Source of the DNA: an uncultured Chloroflexia bacterium
GTDB taxonomy: Bacteria; Chloroflexota; Limnocylindria; Limnocylindrales; CSP1-4
Direction of reading: 5' to 3'
Length of the DNA: 64,000 nt
Assembly (NCBI GenBank): GCA_963746845.1
Contig: CAVVCZ010000004.1
Span: 704,001-768,000, forward strand
The notes under the pieces were generated by a model. The model saw nothing but the letters and a program-made list of their open reading frames with translations, was not told the origin of the DNA and ran no database searches. Below are positions 20,374-30,290 of this stretch, one piece after another. Positions within the stretch are counted from its first letter, which is position 1; each line of letters starts with the position of its first letter. A program made the position numbers and the translations under genes.

Positions 20374-20943
20374 GTGATGACCAGATACCTCGTCCTCCTG
20401 CGCGGCATCAACGTCGGCGGACGGAACAAGGTGCCGATGGCGGCGCTGCGCGAGCTCCTCGAGTCGCACGGCCACACGAAGGTCTCCACGTACATTGCCA
20501 GCGGCAACGTGATCCTGAGCTCGGACCGCACGGCGACCGCGATCAAGCGTGAGCTCGAGGACGCGCTCCCTCGGACGTTCAAGCTCGACAGCGAGCTCAT
20601 CGCGGTCCTCGTCCTGACGCTCGCTCAGCTGCGGGCCGTCGTCCGGGATCGGCCGAAGGGCTTCGGCGACAAGCCCGACACGTACCACAGCGACGCGGTC
20701 TTCCTCATGGGGATCGACACGCCGACGGCGATGAAGGTCTTCGACCCGCGGCCGGGCGTCGACGAGGTGTGGCCGGGCAAGGGCGTGATCTACTCGCAGC
20801 GGCTGAGCGCCGAGAGGACGAAGAGCCGCCTGGGCAAGATCGTCGGGACGCCGGCGTACAAGTCGATGACGATCCGCGGCTGGGCGACGACCATGGCGCT
20901 GCTCGAGCGCATGGAGGCGTCCGAGGCTGAGGCCGAGGCCTGA
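20374..20943 (+). CDS. DUF1697-family protein
   Basis: LLRGINVGGRNKVPMA, TYIASGNV and C-terminal TIRGW. Confidence 0.9.
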   Translation: MMTRYLVLLRGINVGGRNKVPMAALRELLESHGHTKVSTYIASGNVILSSDRTATAIKRELEDALPRTFKLDSELIAVLVLTLAQLRAVVRDRPKGFGDKPDTYHSDAVFLMGIDTPTAMKVFDPRPGVDEVWPGKGVIYSQRLSAERTKSRLGKIVGTPAYKSMTIRGWATTMALLERMEASEAEAEA

Positions 20944-21059
20944 TCGTCGGGACCGCCTCGCGCCGCGGTCGCTCCCCTCCCCCGCGCCAGCGGCCGATGA
21001 TTCTCGATCGGAATCGGCCGTCTCAGGATTCGAAGACCATGCCCCGGAGGACCGACCCC

Positions 21060-21734
21060 GTGAAGTTGCTGCTCACATCGGCCGGCATCAGGAACGCCAG
21101 CATCCAGGCTGCGCTGCTCGACCTGCTCGGCAAGCCGATCGCCGAGGCGAGTGCCTTGTGCATTCCCACCTCGAGCTACGGCCTCGCCGGCGGCGGCGCC
21201 ATGAATGCCTGGCGGTTCATCAGTGGCCGGGAGCCGGAGTGTCCGATGACGGAGCTGGGCTGGAAGTCGGTCGGGGTGCTGGAGCTCACCGCCTTGCCCA
21301 GCCTGGATCGTGATCGGTGGGAGCCCGCCGTTCGCGAGACGGATGTCCTGCTCGTCAACGGCGGCGACCCGATGTATCTGCACCACTGGATGGTGGAGTC
21401 CGGGTTCGCGGCGCTCCTGCCGTCTCTCCCGGACACGGTGTATGTCGGGTTCAGCGCCGGGAGCATGGTCATGACACCGCGGATCGGCGAGGACTTCGTT
21501 GGGTGGCGACCGCCGACCGGAGAGGTCGATTCGACCCTGGGCCTGGTGGACTTCGCGATCTTTCCGCACCTCGACAATCCGGGGCTTCCCCTCAACACGA
21601 TTGCCAACGCCGAGCGCTGGGCCGCGGGCATGAGGGTGCCGGCGTACGCGATCGACGACGAGACGGCGATCAAGGTGACCGACGATGGCGTCGAGGTGAT
21701 CTCCGAGGGCCACTGGCGGCTGTTAGAGCTCTGA
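21060..21734 (+). CDS. Peptidase E / S51 (type 1 glutamine amidotransferase-like) protein
   Basis: KLLLTSAG, VNGGD, YVGFSAGSM, FPHL and YAIDDETAI. Confidence 0.88.
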   Translation: MKLLLTSAGIRNASIQAALLDLLGKPIAEASALCIPTSSYGLAGGGAMNAWRFISGREPECPMTELGWKSVGVLELTALPSLDRDRWEPAVRETDVLLVNGGDPMYLHHWMVESGFAALLPSLPDTVYVGFSAGSMVMTPRIGEDFVGWRPPTGEVDSTLGLVDFAIFPHLDNPGLPLNTIANAERWAAGMRVPAYAIDDETAIKVTDDGVEVISEGHWRLLEL

Positions 21735-21760
21735 TGCGCGGATCTTGTGGAGGATCGACG

Positions 21761-22207
21761 ATGACTTCGGCCGACAAGCAGGACAACGTCCTCACGACAC
21801 TGCCGGTCGCCATGACCGGCAGGGCAAGCCCCGCGAAGGCCGCGGTCGGCGACAAGCCGGTCTTCGCCTACATCCGCAGCCTGCCGCAGCCCCAACGGTC
21901 CATCGCCGAACGCGTCGATGCCCTGGCGGCCGAGACGCTGCCGGGCCTGCAGCGCTCCGTGAAATGGGGCATGGCGTGGTATGGCGTCGGGGACGGCTGG
22001 TGCTTCTCGTGTGGCGGCTTCGCCGGCCACGTCAAGCTCACGTTCGGGCGCGGCACGTCCCTCACGCCCGTGCCGCCGGTCACGCCGATCGGGATGGGCA
22101 AGGAGACGCGCGGCGTGGACCTCGAGACCCTGGACGACCTCGACGAACCGCAGGTCGCGTCATGGATGAAGCAGGCCACGGCCATCCCCGGATTCGGGAA
22201 ACGATGA
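21761..22207 (+). CDS. DUF1801-family protein
   Basis: AYIRSLPQPQR, VKWGMAWYG, HVKLTF and WMKQA. Confidence 0.82.
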   Translation: MTSADKQDNVLTTLPVAMTGRASPAKAAVGDKPVFAYIRSLPQPQRSIAERVDALAAETLPGLQRSVKWGMAWYGVGDGWCFSCGGFAGHVKLTFGRGTSLTPVPPVTPIGMGKETRGVDLETLDDLDEPQVASWMKQATAIPGFGKR

Positions 22208-22289
22208 GCGCCGCAATCACGATTACGCCGAGCGGGTGGTCGCCGTCAAGCCATCCACGGAATTGGAACGGCGCGTCTATTGTTCGCGC

Positions 22290-23246
22290 GTGATCGAGCC
22301 GCCGACCCGCACAGAGCTTGAAGCCGCGCTCTGCTGGGACGCCAGTGACCTCGTTCCGCGGCGCCCGGCGATGACGGCATTCCGGCAGCGGACCCGGCTG
22401 CACCAGGCGCGATGGCGCGAGCGCGAGGGTCACCCGATCGGGTCCCAGCCGTACGCGCCGCGTCCGGGCGTCGATCCGAGGCCGGTCGGGAGCCGGATCC
22501 CGCTCGTATACGGCCGCGACACCGGGGCGAACTTCGTGACGACGGCCGCACTCGATGCGGTCGAGGCCCGGACGGCGATCATCGAGCGCGAGCAGAGCAT
22601 CGATCAGCAGGGCCTCTGGGCGGACCTGCTCTCCTCCGAGGCGCTCGCGTTCAATCTGTTCGGTGACCTCGCCGCCGACCCCACGCGGGCAGACAGCCTC
22701 GTCCACGCCTGGTTCGGCGATGCACCCGGCCGCGTCGTGGAGGTTCGGTTTCTCCACTCGCCCGGGCGCCTCGAGGCGCAGTGGCTCAACAGCCTGCGGC
22801 AATTCGACGCGGCCTTTGTCCTCTCGCGGGAGGACGGATCGCACGGCATCGTGGCGGTCGACGTGACCTACCACGAGCGCCTGAAGGCGGAGACGCCGAA
22901 GCCCGAGAACCTCTGGCGCAACCGCGAGGTCCACGAGCGATCGGCTGCGTTCCGGCCCGAGGCGTTCGACCGGGTGAAGGGTCGCAGCGACCTGTGGTCC
23001 CCGTGGCTCGAGCACCTCCTGCTGCTGTCGATGCTCCAGCACCCGGGCGGCGCCTGGACATGGGGGAGGTACCTGACCATTCATGCGGCCGACAACGTCG
23101 AGATGGCCGACCGCTCCGAGCGCTACGCCGGGCTGCTCGCGGACGCGACGACGTTCTTGTCGACCACGCTCGAGGAGGTCCTCGGGACCGGAGCGCTCCC
23201 CTCCCCCGCGGTTCGGGCCCTCCGGGATCGCTACCTGGCGCGGTAG
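22290..23246 (+). CDS. PGN_0703-like putative restriction-endonuclease-fold protein
   Basis: DLLSSEALAFNLFG and FDAAF...VAVDVTYHE resemble that family; -10 TATTGT 6 nt before the GTG. Confidence 0.6.
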   Translation: MIEPPTRTELEAALCWDASDLVPRRPAMTAFRQRTRLHQARWREREGHPIGSQPYAPRPGVDPRPVGSRIPLVYGRDTGANFVTTAALDAVEARTAIIEREQSIDQQGLWADLLSSEALAFNLFGDLAADPTRADSLVHAWFGDAPGRVVEVRFLHSPGRLEAQWLNSLRQFDAAFVLSREDGSHGIVAVDVTYHERLKAETPKPENLWRNREVHERSAAFRPEAFDRVKGRSDLWSPWLEHLLLLSMLQHPGGAWTWGRYLTIHAADNVEMADRSERYAGLLADATTFLSTTLEEVLGTGALPSPAVRALRDRYLAR

Positions 23247-23362
23247 ACCCAGGGTCCTGCGCCCAACGTACGCGGTTCGGATGGGACGGGTTGGAAGGTG
23301 CACAGGGGCAACGGACCGCCGTAGAGTCGATGACGACGGCATCCGCCGTCCCAGCCTGGAGG

Positions 23363-23466
23363 CTGGCCGACAAAGGCAAACCCGGGGTGACCCGGGGACG
23401 CAAAGCCACGGGACTCGCGCGGTTGGTCCGGACCGGCGCGTCGAGTCAGCCGGGTTGCCGAAGTCA
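23363..23466 (+). promoter_or_regulatory. Cyclic di-GMP-I (GEMM) riboswitch
   Basis: AAAGGCAAACCCGGG-GTGA-CCCGGGGACGCAAAGCCACGGG...AGCCGGGTTGCCGA matches the GEMM consensus; P1 CTGGC/GTCAG abuts the AGGAGG RBS. Confidence 0.9.
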
Positions 23467-23476
23467 GGAGGTCGGT

Positions 23477-23572
23477 GTGTCCACCGCCCGCCCGCGCCTG
23501 GTCGCGCTCCTGCGCGTCCTGGTCGTCGCTGTGGTCGCCCTTGCGGCGTCCGCGTCGGCTCGTCCCATCTGA
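23477..23572 (+). CDS. 31-aa hydrophobic peptide MSTARPRLVALLRVLVVAVVALAASASARPI
   Basis: AGGAGG RBS then GTG directly after the riboswitch; followed by hairpins; too short for the ORF track. Confidence 0.7.
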   Translation: MSTARPRLVALLRVLVVAVVALAASASARPI

Positions 23573-23576
23573 GTCC

Positions 23577-23647
23577 GGTGGACTTCGGTCCACCAACGCA
23601 GCTCCGAACGCCCCCTGGCCCTCGGCCATCGGGGCGTTCGCCGTCTT
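23577..23647 (+). terminator. UUCG hairpin plus terminator-like hairpin
   Basis: GGTGGAC-TTCG-GTCCACC, then CGAACGCCCC...GGGGCGTTCG. Confidence 0.55.
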
Positions 23648-23678
23648 GCACGCTGGTCCAGGCGATACGCTGAAACGG

Positions 23679-25018
23679 ATGCGCATCGCCGGCCTCGTGA
23701 TGCTTGTCGCCGCCTTCGTCGTCGGCTGTTCGGGCTCAACCGGCACTCCCCCGGCGACCGCCACTGCGACCACGTCGGCGTCTGCGGCTGCCGCAAGCAC
23801 CGCACCGGAGGACCTCGGGGGCGCACACGTCCACGTCCTCGGCCTCTGGAGCGGCCCCGAGTTCGAGAGCTTCGAAGCCGTCAAGTCGGCCTGGGAGCGA
23901 CGAGACCGGGGCGATCGTCGACTGGGAGGCCACGACCGACCTGCCCGGTGCCCTGGCCGAACACAAGCAGGCGGGAGATCCACCGGACATCGCGATCCTG
24001 CCGAACCTGGCGCTGATGGAGCAGCTCGCCGAGAAACGGGGCCCTGATCCCGCTCGACTCGGTCCTGGACATGACGAACGTCGCCAGGGACTACGCGCCG
24101 GCATGGATCGACCTTGGCAGCCACGCCGGGAAGCTGTACGGGATCTTCTACAAGGTCACGAACAAGGCGGCGGTCTGGTACAGCCCGAAGGCCTTCGTTG
24201 CTGCCGGCTACGACGTTCCCGCGACCTGGGACGCGATGATCACGCTGGCCGACCGGATGGTTGCCGACGGCCGCACACCCTTCTCGGTCGTCGCCGCGAA
24301 GGGCCCGGCGAGCGGCTGGGCGCTCACCGACTGGATCTCGGAGATCGTGCTCAACGCCTGCGGCCCGGATCTCTACGACCAGTGGATCGCCGGCGACATT
24401 CCCTGGAACCACGCATGCATCAAGGGATCATTCGACAGGTTCGCGAAGATCGTCGCGACCAATGGATACGTCCTCGGAGGCAGCCAGCGCATCATCGCGA
24501 CCGGTGACGACGTCGCGGCAGACCCGCTGTACACGGACCCGCCGACCGCCTGGCTGTGCTATCTCGCGTCGTTCGCCCAGGCATTCATCGCCTCGAGCCA
24601 CCCCGACCTGGAGCCCGGCACGGACTACGACGTCTTCGGGTTCCCGACGATCAATCCCGAGTACGGGGAAGCCGTCACGGTCGGCGCCGACATCCCGGTG
24701 ATGATCGGCGACACCCCCGCCGCTCGCTCGTTCATGTCGTACCTCGCGAGCGCCCGAGCACAGGAGGCATGGATCCGGCTCGGCGGCTTCACCTCCGTGA
24801 ATCGAAACGTGTCGGCGGCCACCTACCCGGATCCGGTGGCGCGACGGGTGGCCGACGAGCTGACCGAGGCAACGGTCGTCCGGTTCAGCGCCGGCGACAT
24901 GATGCCGTCGTCCCTGCAACGGGCCTGGTGGGGAGCGATGCTGGACCTCGTCCAGGATCCGGGCCGGGTGGACGCGATCCTCGATGGCCTGACCGCGGCC
25001 GCCCGGAGCGCCCGTTAG
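23679..25018 (+). CDS. ABC sugar-binding lipoprotein (AglE-like), two frameshifts near 23900 and 24040
   Basis: Lipobox VVGC; GDPPDIAILP, LYGIFYK..NKAAVWY and GWALTDWISEIVL are spread over three frames; no cognate permease nearby. Confidence 0.82.
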
Positions 25019-25060
25019 GTCGTCAGCGCGGGTTTGCTCAAGGACGTCTCGTCCGTCGCC

Positions 25061-25510
25061 CTAGACGCCGGCGGCGGCTGCCATCCCCTGCGTCCCGTCC
25101 GAGAGAACCGGGGAGATGAGCCCGAAGACGTTGTTGTCGGGATCGAGCAGGTAGCCGCCCCGGCCGATGCCCGGCCAGTCGGTCGCCGGGAGCGCCTCGG
25201 TCGCACCGAGCTCCACGCCGAGCCGCATCAGCCCGTCGACGTCGTCGACGCCGACCACGATGTTGCAGCCGGCCACCGGTGCACCCAGCTCGGGCCGCGG
25301 ACCCCGGCGCTGGACCAGGCCGCCGTTGATGCCCAGCCCGGGGCGCCCCGCGACGTTGCCGATCGCACCCTCGCCGGTGTCGATGACCCAGTACGCCTGG
25401 TCGCCGCCGCCATAGCTCTGGAAGGTCCAGCCGAGGAGCCTGGAGTAGAACTCGATGAGCTTCTCGGGCTCGGTCGCGTGGATCTCGAAATGGACGACCA
25501 GGTTGGCCAT
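25061..25510 (-). CDS. VOC/glyoxalase-family protein
   Basis: VVHFEIHA, FYSRLLGW, GINGGL and DPDNNVFG. Confidence 0.9.
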   Translation of the reverse strand: MANLVVHFEIHATEPEKLIEFYSRLLGWTFQSYGGGDQAYWVIDTGEGAIGNVAGRPGLGINGGLVQRRGPRPELGAPVAGCNIVVGVDDVDGLMRLGVELGATEALPATDWPGIGRGGYLLDPDNNVFGLISPVLSDGTQGMAAAAGV

Positions 25511-25581
25511 GTTTCCCCCCTTCCGTGGATGCGTGGGTCATCCCCAGTATCGTCCTTCGGCGGCCCGCGGCGCGGCGGCGG

Positions 25582-26982
25582 TCAGCCGGGCGTGGGAGCC
25601 ACGTTCGGGTTCACGTGGAACACGTTGTCCGGGTCCCACTCGCGCTTGAGCGCGGCGAGGCGCGCCACCTTGGCGTCGCCGTACAGGCGACGGGTCTCGT
25701 CGGGGCCGGCGTCGGAGTTCCCGTTCGGGTAGGCGCCGAGCGTGCGGTCCGGCTCGACCACCGCCATCACTCGCCGGCACCAGTCCATGTTCGCCTCGTC
25801 GCCGGCCGCGTCGCTCCAGTCGGAGTCGGCGCTCAGGTCGAAGACGGCCGCCCGGCCGGCATAGGCGGTCGCGTCCTCGGGGACGCGGGCGATCGCACCA
25901 CCGAGGGCCGTGATCGAGAAGCTCGAGTCGCCCGGCGCGACCGCGACGAGCTCGACCACCTCGTCCAGCGCCTCCGGGCGGACGCCGTCCGCGTTGTGGC
26001 TCTTGATGAACGACCGGCTGCCCCAGGCGAACGCAAGGTCGTGGGCGGTCTGGACCTCGAGGTACGGCGAGCTGCCGATCATCGTGGTGAGTGGCGTCGG
26101 CCCGGCGCGCAGGCCGGCGGTGTCGCGCTCGACGTCGTCCGCGGAGCCGCTGTGGTTCCAGGCCAGGTAGGCGATTGGCCTGCCGACGGCGTCCTCGGGG
26201 TAGCCCTCCCCCTCCCCCGCCAGCGCGATCCCGTAGATCGCTGCCACCGCGTCGGGCGCGCTCGGCGCGTACTCGCGGAAGCGGCCCCAGACCTCATGCA
26301 CCTGGCTCGCCGGGAAGGTCAGGACGCCCCGATGGAGATCGGGGCCGAACGGCTGTAGCCGGAACTCGAACGCCGTGGCGATCCCGAAATTCCAGCCGGC
26401 GCCACGCAGGCCCCAGAAGAGCTCGGGCTCGTCGGTCTCGGTCGCCCGGACGAGCCGGCCGTCGGCGGTGACGAGCTCGACGGCAGCGAGGTTGTCGATC
26501 GTGAGCCCGAAGTGGCGCTGGAGCCGCCCGATCCCGCCACCGAGCGTCAGCCCGGCGACGCCGGTGTGGCCAATGACCCCGATCGGGCAGACGAGGCCGT
26601 GCGCCTGGGCGGCGACGTCCAGCTCGCCGAGGAGCGCGCCGCCGTTCGCCCGGGCGGTCCGGGTCCGCGGGTCCGCCTCGACGCCGCGCATGCCGGACAT
26701 GTCGACCAGGAGCCCGCCGTTCGCCCCACCGAACGCATACGCGCTGTGGCCGCCGGACCGGACGGTGATCTCGAGGTCGTGCTCGCGGGCGAAGCGGACC
26801 GCTGTCGCGACCTCCGCGGCGCTCGACGGGCGGGCGATGACCGCCGGCCGCCGATCGTGGATGGCGTTCCACAAGCGGCGAGCGTCGTCGTAGCCGGCGT
26901 CGTCCGGCGCGATGACCTCCGCGCACGACCGCCGCAGCTGATCGAGGTGGTGTGGCGCGATCCGGGCAGCTGCCTCGACCAT
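25582..26982 (-). CDS. FAD-binding oxidoreductase (BBE-like)
   Basis: RSGGHS, GVAGLTLGGG, LFWGLRGAG and LKREWDPDNVF. Confidence 0.92.
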   Translation of the reverse strand: MVEAAARIAPHHLDQLRRSCAEVIAPDDAGYDDARRLWNAIHDRRPAVIARPSSAAEVATAVRFAREHDLEITVRSGGHSAYAFGGANGGLLVDMSGMRGVEADPRTRTARANGGALLGELDVAAQAHGLVCPIGVIGHTGVAGLTLGGGIGRLQRHFGLTIDNLAAVELVTADGRLVRATETDEPELFWGLRGAGWNFGIATAFEFRLQPFGPDLHRGVLTFPASQVHEVWGRFREYAPSAPDAVAAIYGIALAGEGEGYPEDAVGRPIAYLAWNHSGSADDVERDTAGLRAGPTPLTTMIGSSPYLEVQTAHDLAFAWGSRSFIKSHNADGVRPEALDEVVELVAVAPGDSSFSITALGGAIARVPEDATAYAGRAAVFDLSADSDWSDAAGDEANMDWCRRVMAVVEPDRTLGAYPNGNSDAGPDETRRLYGDAKVARLAALKREWDPDNVFHVNPNVAPTPG

Positions 26983-27097
26983 CCGTGTCCCTCCCTGGTT
27001 CCCTCCGGTCGATCCATCGAATGGTCGCACGGGTCGTCGGCGCGCGGTGGGGCTGCGTGAGAAGAGGGACCATGGTCGCCATGCAAGGAGTGACGAC

Positions 27098-27703
27098 ATG
27101 AAGCTGACCGCCACGATGATGCTGACCGTGGACGGCGTGTACCAGGGTCCCGGCGGCTCGGACGAGGACCGCCGCGGCGGGTTCGAGCGCGGCGGCTGGA
27201 CAGCCTCGCACGGTGACCCGGCGATGTGGCCGTTCCTGCTCGAGTGGTTCGGGCGTGCGGACGCGCTGCTCCTCGGCCGCAGGACCTGGCAGATCTGGGA
27301 GACGTACTGGCCGCTCCACGACGGCGGCGATGCGGTCTCCCACGGCATCAATGTCCTGCCCAAGTACGTGCCGTCGACCACGCTCAAGGACCCGACATGG
27401 CAGAACACCCACGTCCTCGACGGCGACGTCGAGGCCGCCATCCGGGATCTCAAGGCGGGGCCCGGGCGCGAGCTCCAGGTCCACGGCAGCGGCGTCCTGC
27501 TCCGATGGCTGCTCGAGCGCGACCTCGTGGACGAGCTGAACCTGCGGATCTCCCCGGTCGTCGTCGGCGACGGCGTTCGGCTCTTTCCCGAGCACGGCCC
27601 GACGCACGACCTGGAGCTGGTCGAGTCGCGGGCGCTGCCATCCGGCGTGATGATCCAGACCTATCGACCGAACGGCCGCGTGACCTTCGGGCCCGCCGGC
27701 TGA
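27098..27703 (+). CDS. Dihydrofolate reductase / RibD C-terminal family protein
   Basis: TVDGVYQGPG, LLLGRRT, VHGSG and VVGDGVRLF; AAGGAG RBS. Confidence 0.9.
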   Translation: MKLTATMMLTVDGVYQGPGGSDEDRRGGFERGGWTASHGDPAMWPFLLEWFGRADALLLGRRTWQIWETYWPLHDGGDAVSHGINVLPKYVPSTTLKDPTWQNTHVLDGDVEAAIRDLKAGPGRELQVHGSGVLLRWLLERDLVDELNLRISPVVVGDGVRLFPEHGPTHDLELVESRALPSGVMIQTYRPNGRVTFGPAG

Positions 27704-27743
27704 GGAGGATCGTCACATGGGAAGGGTCGTGATGGGAACGCGA

Positions 27744-28427
27744 ATGTCCGTGCGACTGGCGTTCGCTGGGGCCAACCTGGTCCTTGTCCTCGCGGGCTGC
27801 GGCTCGGCACCCGCCACGTCCCCGACTCGATCCCAGCCCCCGACCTCGGCTCTTCCAGGCACCGGCGCCGTCGAGTCGAGCTCCGGCCGGGACTCCTCCA
27901 TCGTGTGGCCTGCCCCATCGGATCCCATGGAGCGGGCCGTGCAAGCGGGCCTGAAGCCGCAGCCGAAGGAATTCCTGACCAATCACGTTCACGCTCACCT
28001 GGACGTCTTCGTCGACGGCAAGCCCGTCACGGTTCCGGCCGGAATCGGGATCCAGATCAACGACCCCGCTGTGCGCCGGTTCAACGAGCCCGACGGATCG
28101 GTCGCCTATGGCGGCATCGACTTGTGCAACGATCCGTGCATCTCGCCGCTGCACACCCATGACGTCACGGGCATCCTCCACACGGAGTCGGCCACCCCCG
28201 AACCAAACACCCTCGGGGAGTTCTTCACCGAATGGGGCGTGGCCCTCGACGCCTCGTGTGTGGCGACGTTCTGCCGCCCCACGACCAACGTCGCGATCTA
28301 CGTTGATGGCGAGCCCACCCCGGGAGACCCTCGTGCGATCGAGCTCATCAACCAGCGGGAGATCGCGATCGTGATCGGGACGCCTCCTCCGCAAATCCCG
28401 AAGACGGCCGACTTCTCGAACGCCTAG
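27744..28427 (+). CDS. Hypothetical lipoprotein with His-rich putative metal site
   Basis: Lipobox LAGC; HVHAHL, VPAGIGI and LHTHD..GILHTES. Confidence 0.75.
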   Translation: MSVRLAFAGANLVLVLAGCGSAPATSPTRSQPPTSALPGTGAVESSSGRDSSIVWPAPSDPMERAVQAGLKPQPKEFLTNHVHAHLDVFVDGKPVTVPAGIGIQINDPAVRRFNEPDGSVAYGGIDLCNDPCISPLHTHDVTGILHTESATPEPNTLGEFFTEWGVALDASCVATFCRPTTNVAIYVDGEPTPGDPRAIELINQREIAIVIGTPPPQIPKTADFSNA

Positions 28428-28448
28428 CGCGGTGATCGGACCCGCCGC

Positions 28449-28805
28449 CTATTCGAGTGACTGGTAGACCCCGAGGATGTTCCCGAATGGGTCGGCGAAC
28501 ATGAACCGCCGGCCACCGGGATACGCGTGCAGCGCGACGTGGATCCGGGCTCCGGCAGCCAGCACGCTCGCCAGCGCCGCGTCCGCATCGTCTGTTCGGA
28601 TGAGGGCCAGGACGCCGTCGCCGCGGGACGTCGCCGGGTGCGGGTTCAGCCCCCCGAACTCCTGGCCGGGCCTCGTCGGGTCCTGGATCCCGGCGTAGTC
28701 CGTGCCGTAGTCGTTGAACGTCCAGCCGAGTGCCTTGGCGTAGAACGTCTTCGCCTGCTCGAGGTCGTCAACAGCCAGTTCGACATAATCGATCACGTGA
28801 GCCAC
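28449..28805 (-). CDS. VOC/glyoxalase-family protein
   Basis: IDYVELAV, FYAKALGW and PGGRRFMFADPFGN. Confidence 0.88.
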   Translation of the reverse strand: MAHVIDYVELAVDDLEQAKTFYAKALGWTFNDYGTDYAGIQDPTRPGQEFGGLNPHPATSRGDGVLALIRTDDADAALASVLAAGARIHVALHAYPGGRRFMFADPFGNILGVYQSLE

Positions 28806-28822
28806 GGTCGAAGGGTACGCGG

Positions 28823-29779
28823 TCAGTCGAGCAGGTATCGGCCGACCTGATTGATCAGTGGCTCACCGGCGGCGAACCGGCGGATCTGGTCGCCGGCGAG
28901 CGCAAACGCCCGGGTCGTGCTCGCCGGCGAGTCGCCGGCCATGTGCGGGGTGATGAGCACATTGGGCAGTCCCCACAGCGGATGATCCGGCGGGAGCGGC
29001 TCCGGATCGGTGACGTCGAGGACGGCCCGGATCCGACCGGCCCGGAGCTCCTCCACGAGCGCGCCGGTTTCGATCGTGGCCCCACGCCCGGCGTTCACCA
29101 CGAGCGCGCCATCCGGAAGGAGCCCGAGCCGTCGCGCGTCCAGCAGGCCCCGCGTCTCGCTGGTCAGCGGGAGCATGTCGACGAGAACGTCGGCGCCGGG
29201 AAGGAGCGCCTCGAGGTCGGCCAGGCCGCGCATGCCGTCGCGCGCGGTCCGGCCCACGCCGATCAGCTCAACGCCGAACGGGCGCAGCCGCTCCGCGATG
29301 GCGGTTCCGATCGACCCGAGGCCGAGGATGACGACGCGCCGGCCGAGCAGCTCGGGCGGCTCGATGGTCGTCCAGTCGTGCCGCAGCTGCGCATCCCGCG
29401 ATTCCACGAGGCCTCGCTGCATGGCGAGGATCGCTCCCACCACCCACTCCGCGAGCGGCGCGTCGTAGACCCCCCGGGCGTTGCAGACCATGACGTGCTC
29501 GGGCACCCGTCCGATGAGCCAGTCGACGCCGGCGCTCGTCGTCTGGATGATCCGCAGCCGCCCCCCTCCCCCGGCTAGGAGCTCGAGCAGCGGGGCGCGG
29601 GTCCGTCCGTCGGGCACGATGAGCTCGACCTCGGCGAGATCCGGAACCGGCCCGGGCTCGGGCGGTACGAGCCGGGCGTCCACGTTCGCCGGCAGCTCGC
29701 CCATCTGGACCCGCTCGGGGATGTCCGGCAGGCACACGACGACCGTGTCCGGGCGGGCGACGTCAGGCATGTCGGTCAT
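28823..29779 (-). CDS. D-2-hydroxyacid dehydrogenase
   Basis: SAGVDW, GLGSIG, NAGRG, LDVTDPEPLP and TPHMAG. Confidence 0.92.
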   Translation of the reverse strand: MTDMPDVARPDTVVVCLPDIPERVQMGELPANVDARLVPPEPGPVPDLAEVELIVPDGRTRAPLLELLAGGGGRLRIIQTTSAGVDWLIGRVPEHVMVCNARGVYDAPLAEWVVGAILAMQRGLVESRDAQLRHDWTTIEPPELLGRRVVILGLGSIGTAIAERLRPFGVELIGVGRTARDGMRGLADLEALLPGADVLVDMLPLTSETRGLLDARRLGLLPDGALVVNAGRGATIETGALVEELRAGRIRAVLDVTDPEPLPPDHPLWGLPNVLITPHMAGDSPASTTRAFALAGDQIRRFAAGEPLINQVGRYLLD

Positions 29780-30290
29780 CGTCGAACGCGAACCAGCACA
29801 ACGCGTTGCGCAGCCGCTGGTCGTCGAGCACGAGCTCCCGGACCTCGTGAGGGAGCTGGGCGCGCTGCCATTGGCACTCCAGGCGGCCGGCAGCCGCGCG
29901 CTCGGCTTCGGCCGCCGCCGCCCACACCGCCTTGATCGCGTAGGCCGCGGCACCGAGCTCGTGGGCCGCCACATGGCCCACCGCCGCGGCCTGGCCGGCG
30001 GCATACGCGGCGTGCCGGGCGGCCCCGGTCATGTCTCTCGCCGCCGCGTTCGCATGGCCGCCTGCCGCCCGGGCCTCTGCCCATGGAACCTCGCCCCGGG
30101 CCCAGGCGCGCCCCAGGTCGATCGCCCGGCGGGGCCGTTCGTCGTCCGGCCGTACCCGCTCGAAGTGGTGCAGCGCGTGCTCCGCGCAGTCGGCTGCCCA
30201 GATGGCGAGCAGCCGATGATCGTCGTCCTGGAGGGTCCCGCCGCGACGCTCGGTGATGAACCGAGGATCCCGGACCTTGGGAAGGATCAC
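29763..30290 (-). CDS. Imm-5-like (putative immunity) domain protein
   Basis: LLAIWAADCAEH, DERPRRAI and AAGQAAAVGHVAAHELGAAAY. Confidence 0.78.
   Translation of the reverse strand: MILPKVRDPRFITERRGGTLQDDDHRLLAIWAADCAEHALHHFERVRPDDERPRRAIDLGRAWARGEVPWAEARAAGGHANAAARDMTGAARHAAYAAGQAAAVGHVAAHELGAAAYAIKAVWAAAAEAERAAAGRLECQWQRAQLPHEVRELVLDDQRLRNALCWFAFDDDRHA

Noticed and set aside
28777-28800. TTATGTCGAACT on the minus strand as another XerD arm
   Set aside because: Lies within VOC gene codons (IDYVEL) and has no XerC arm.
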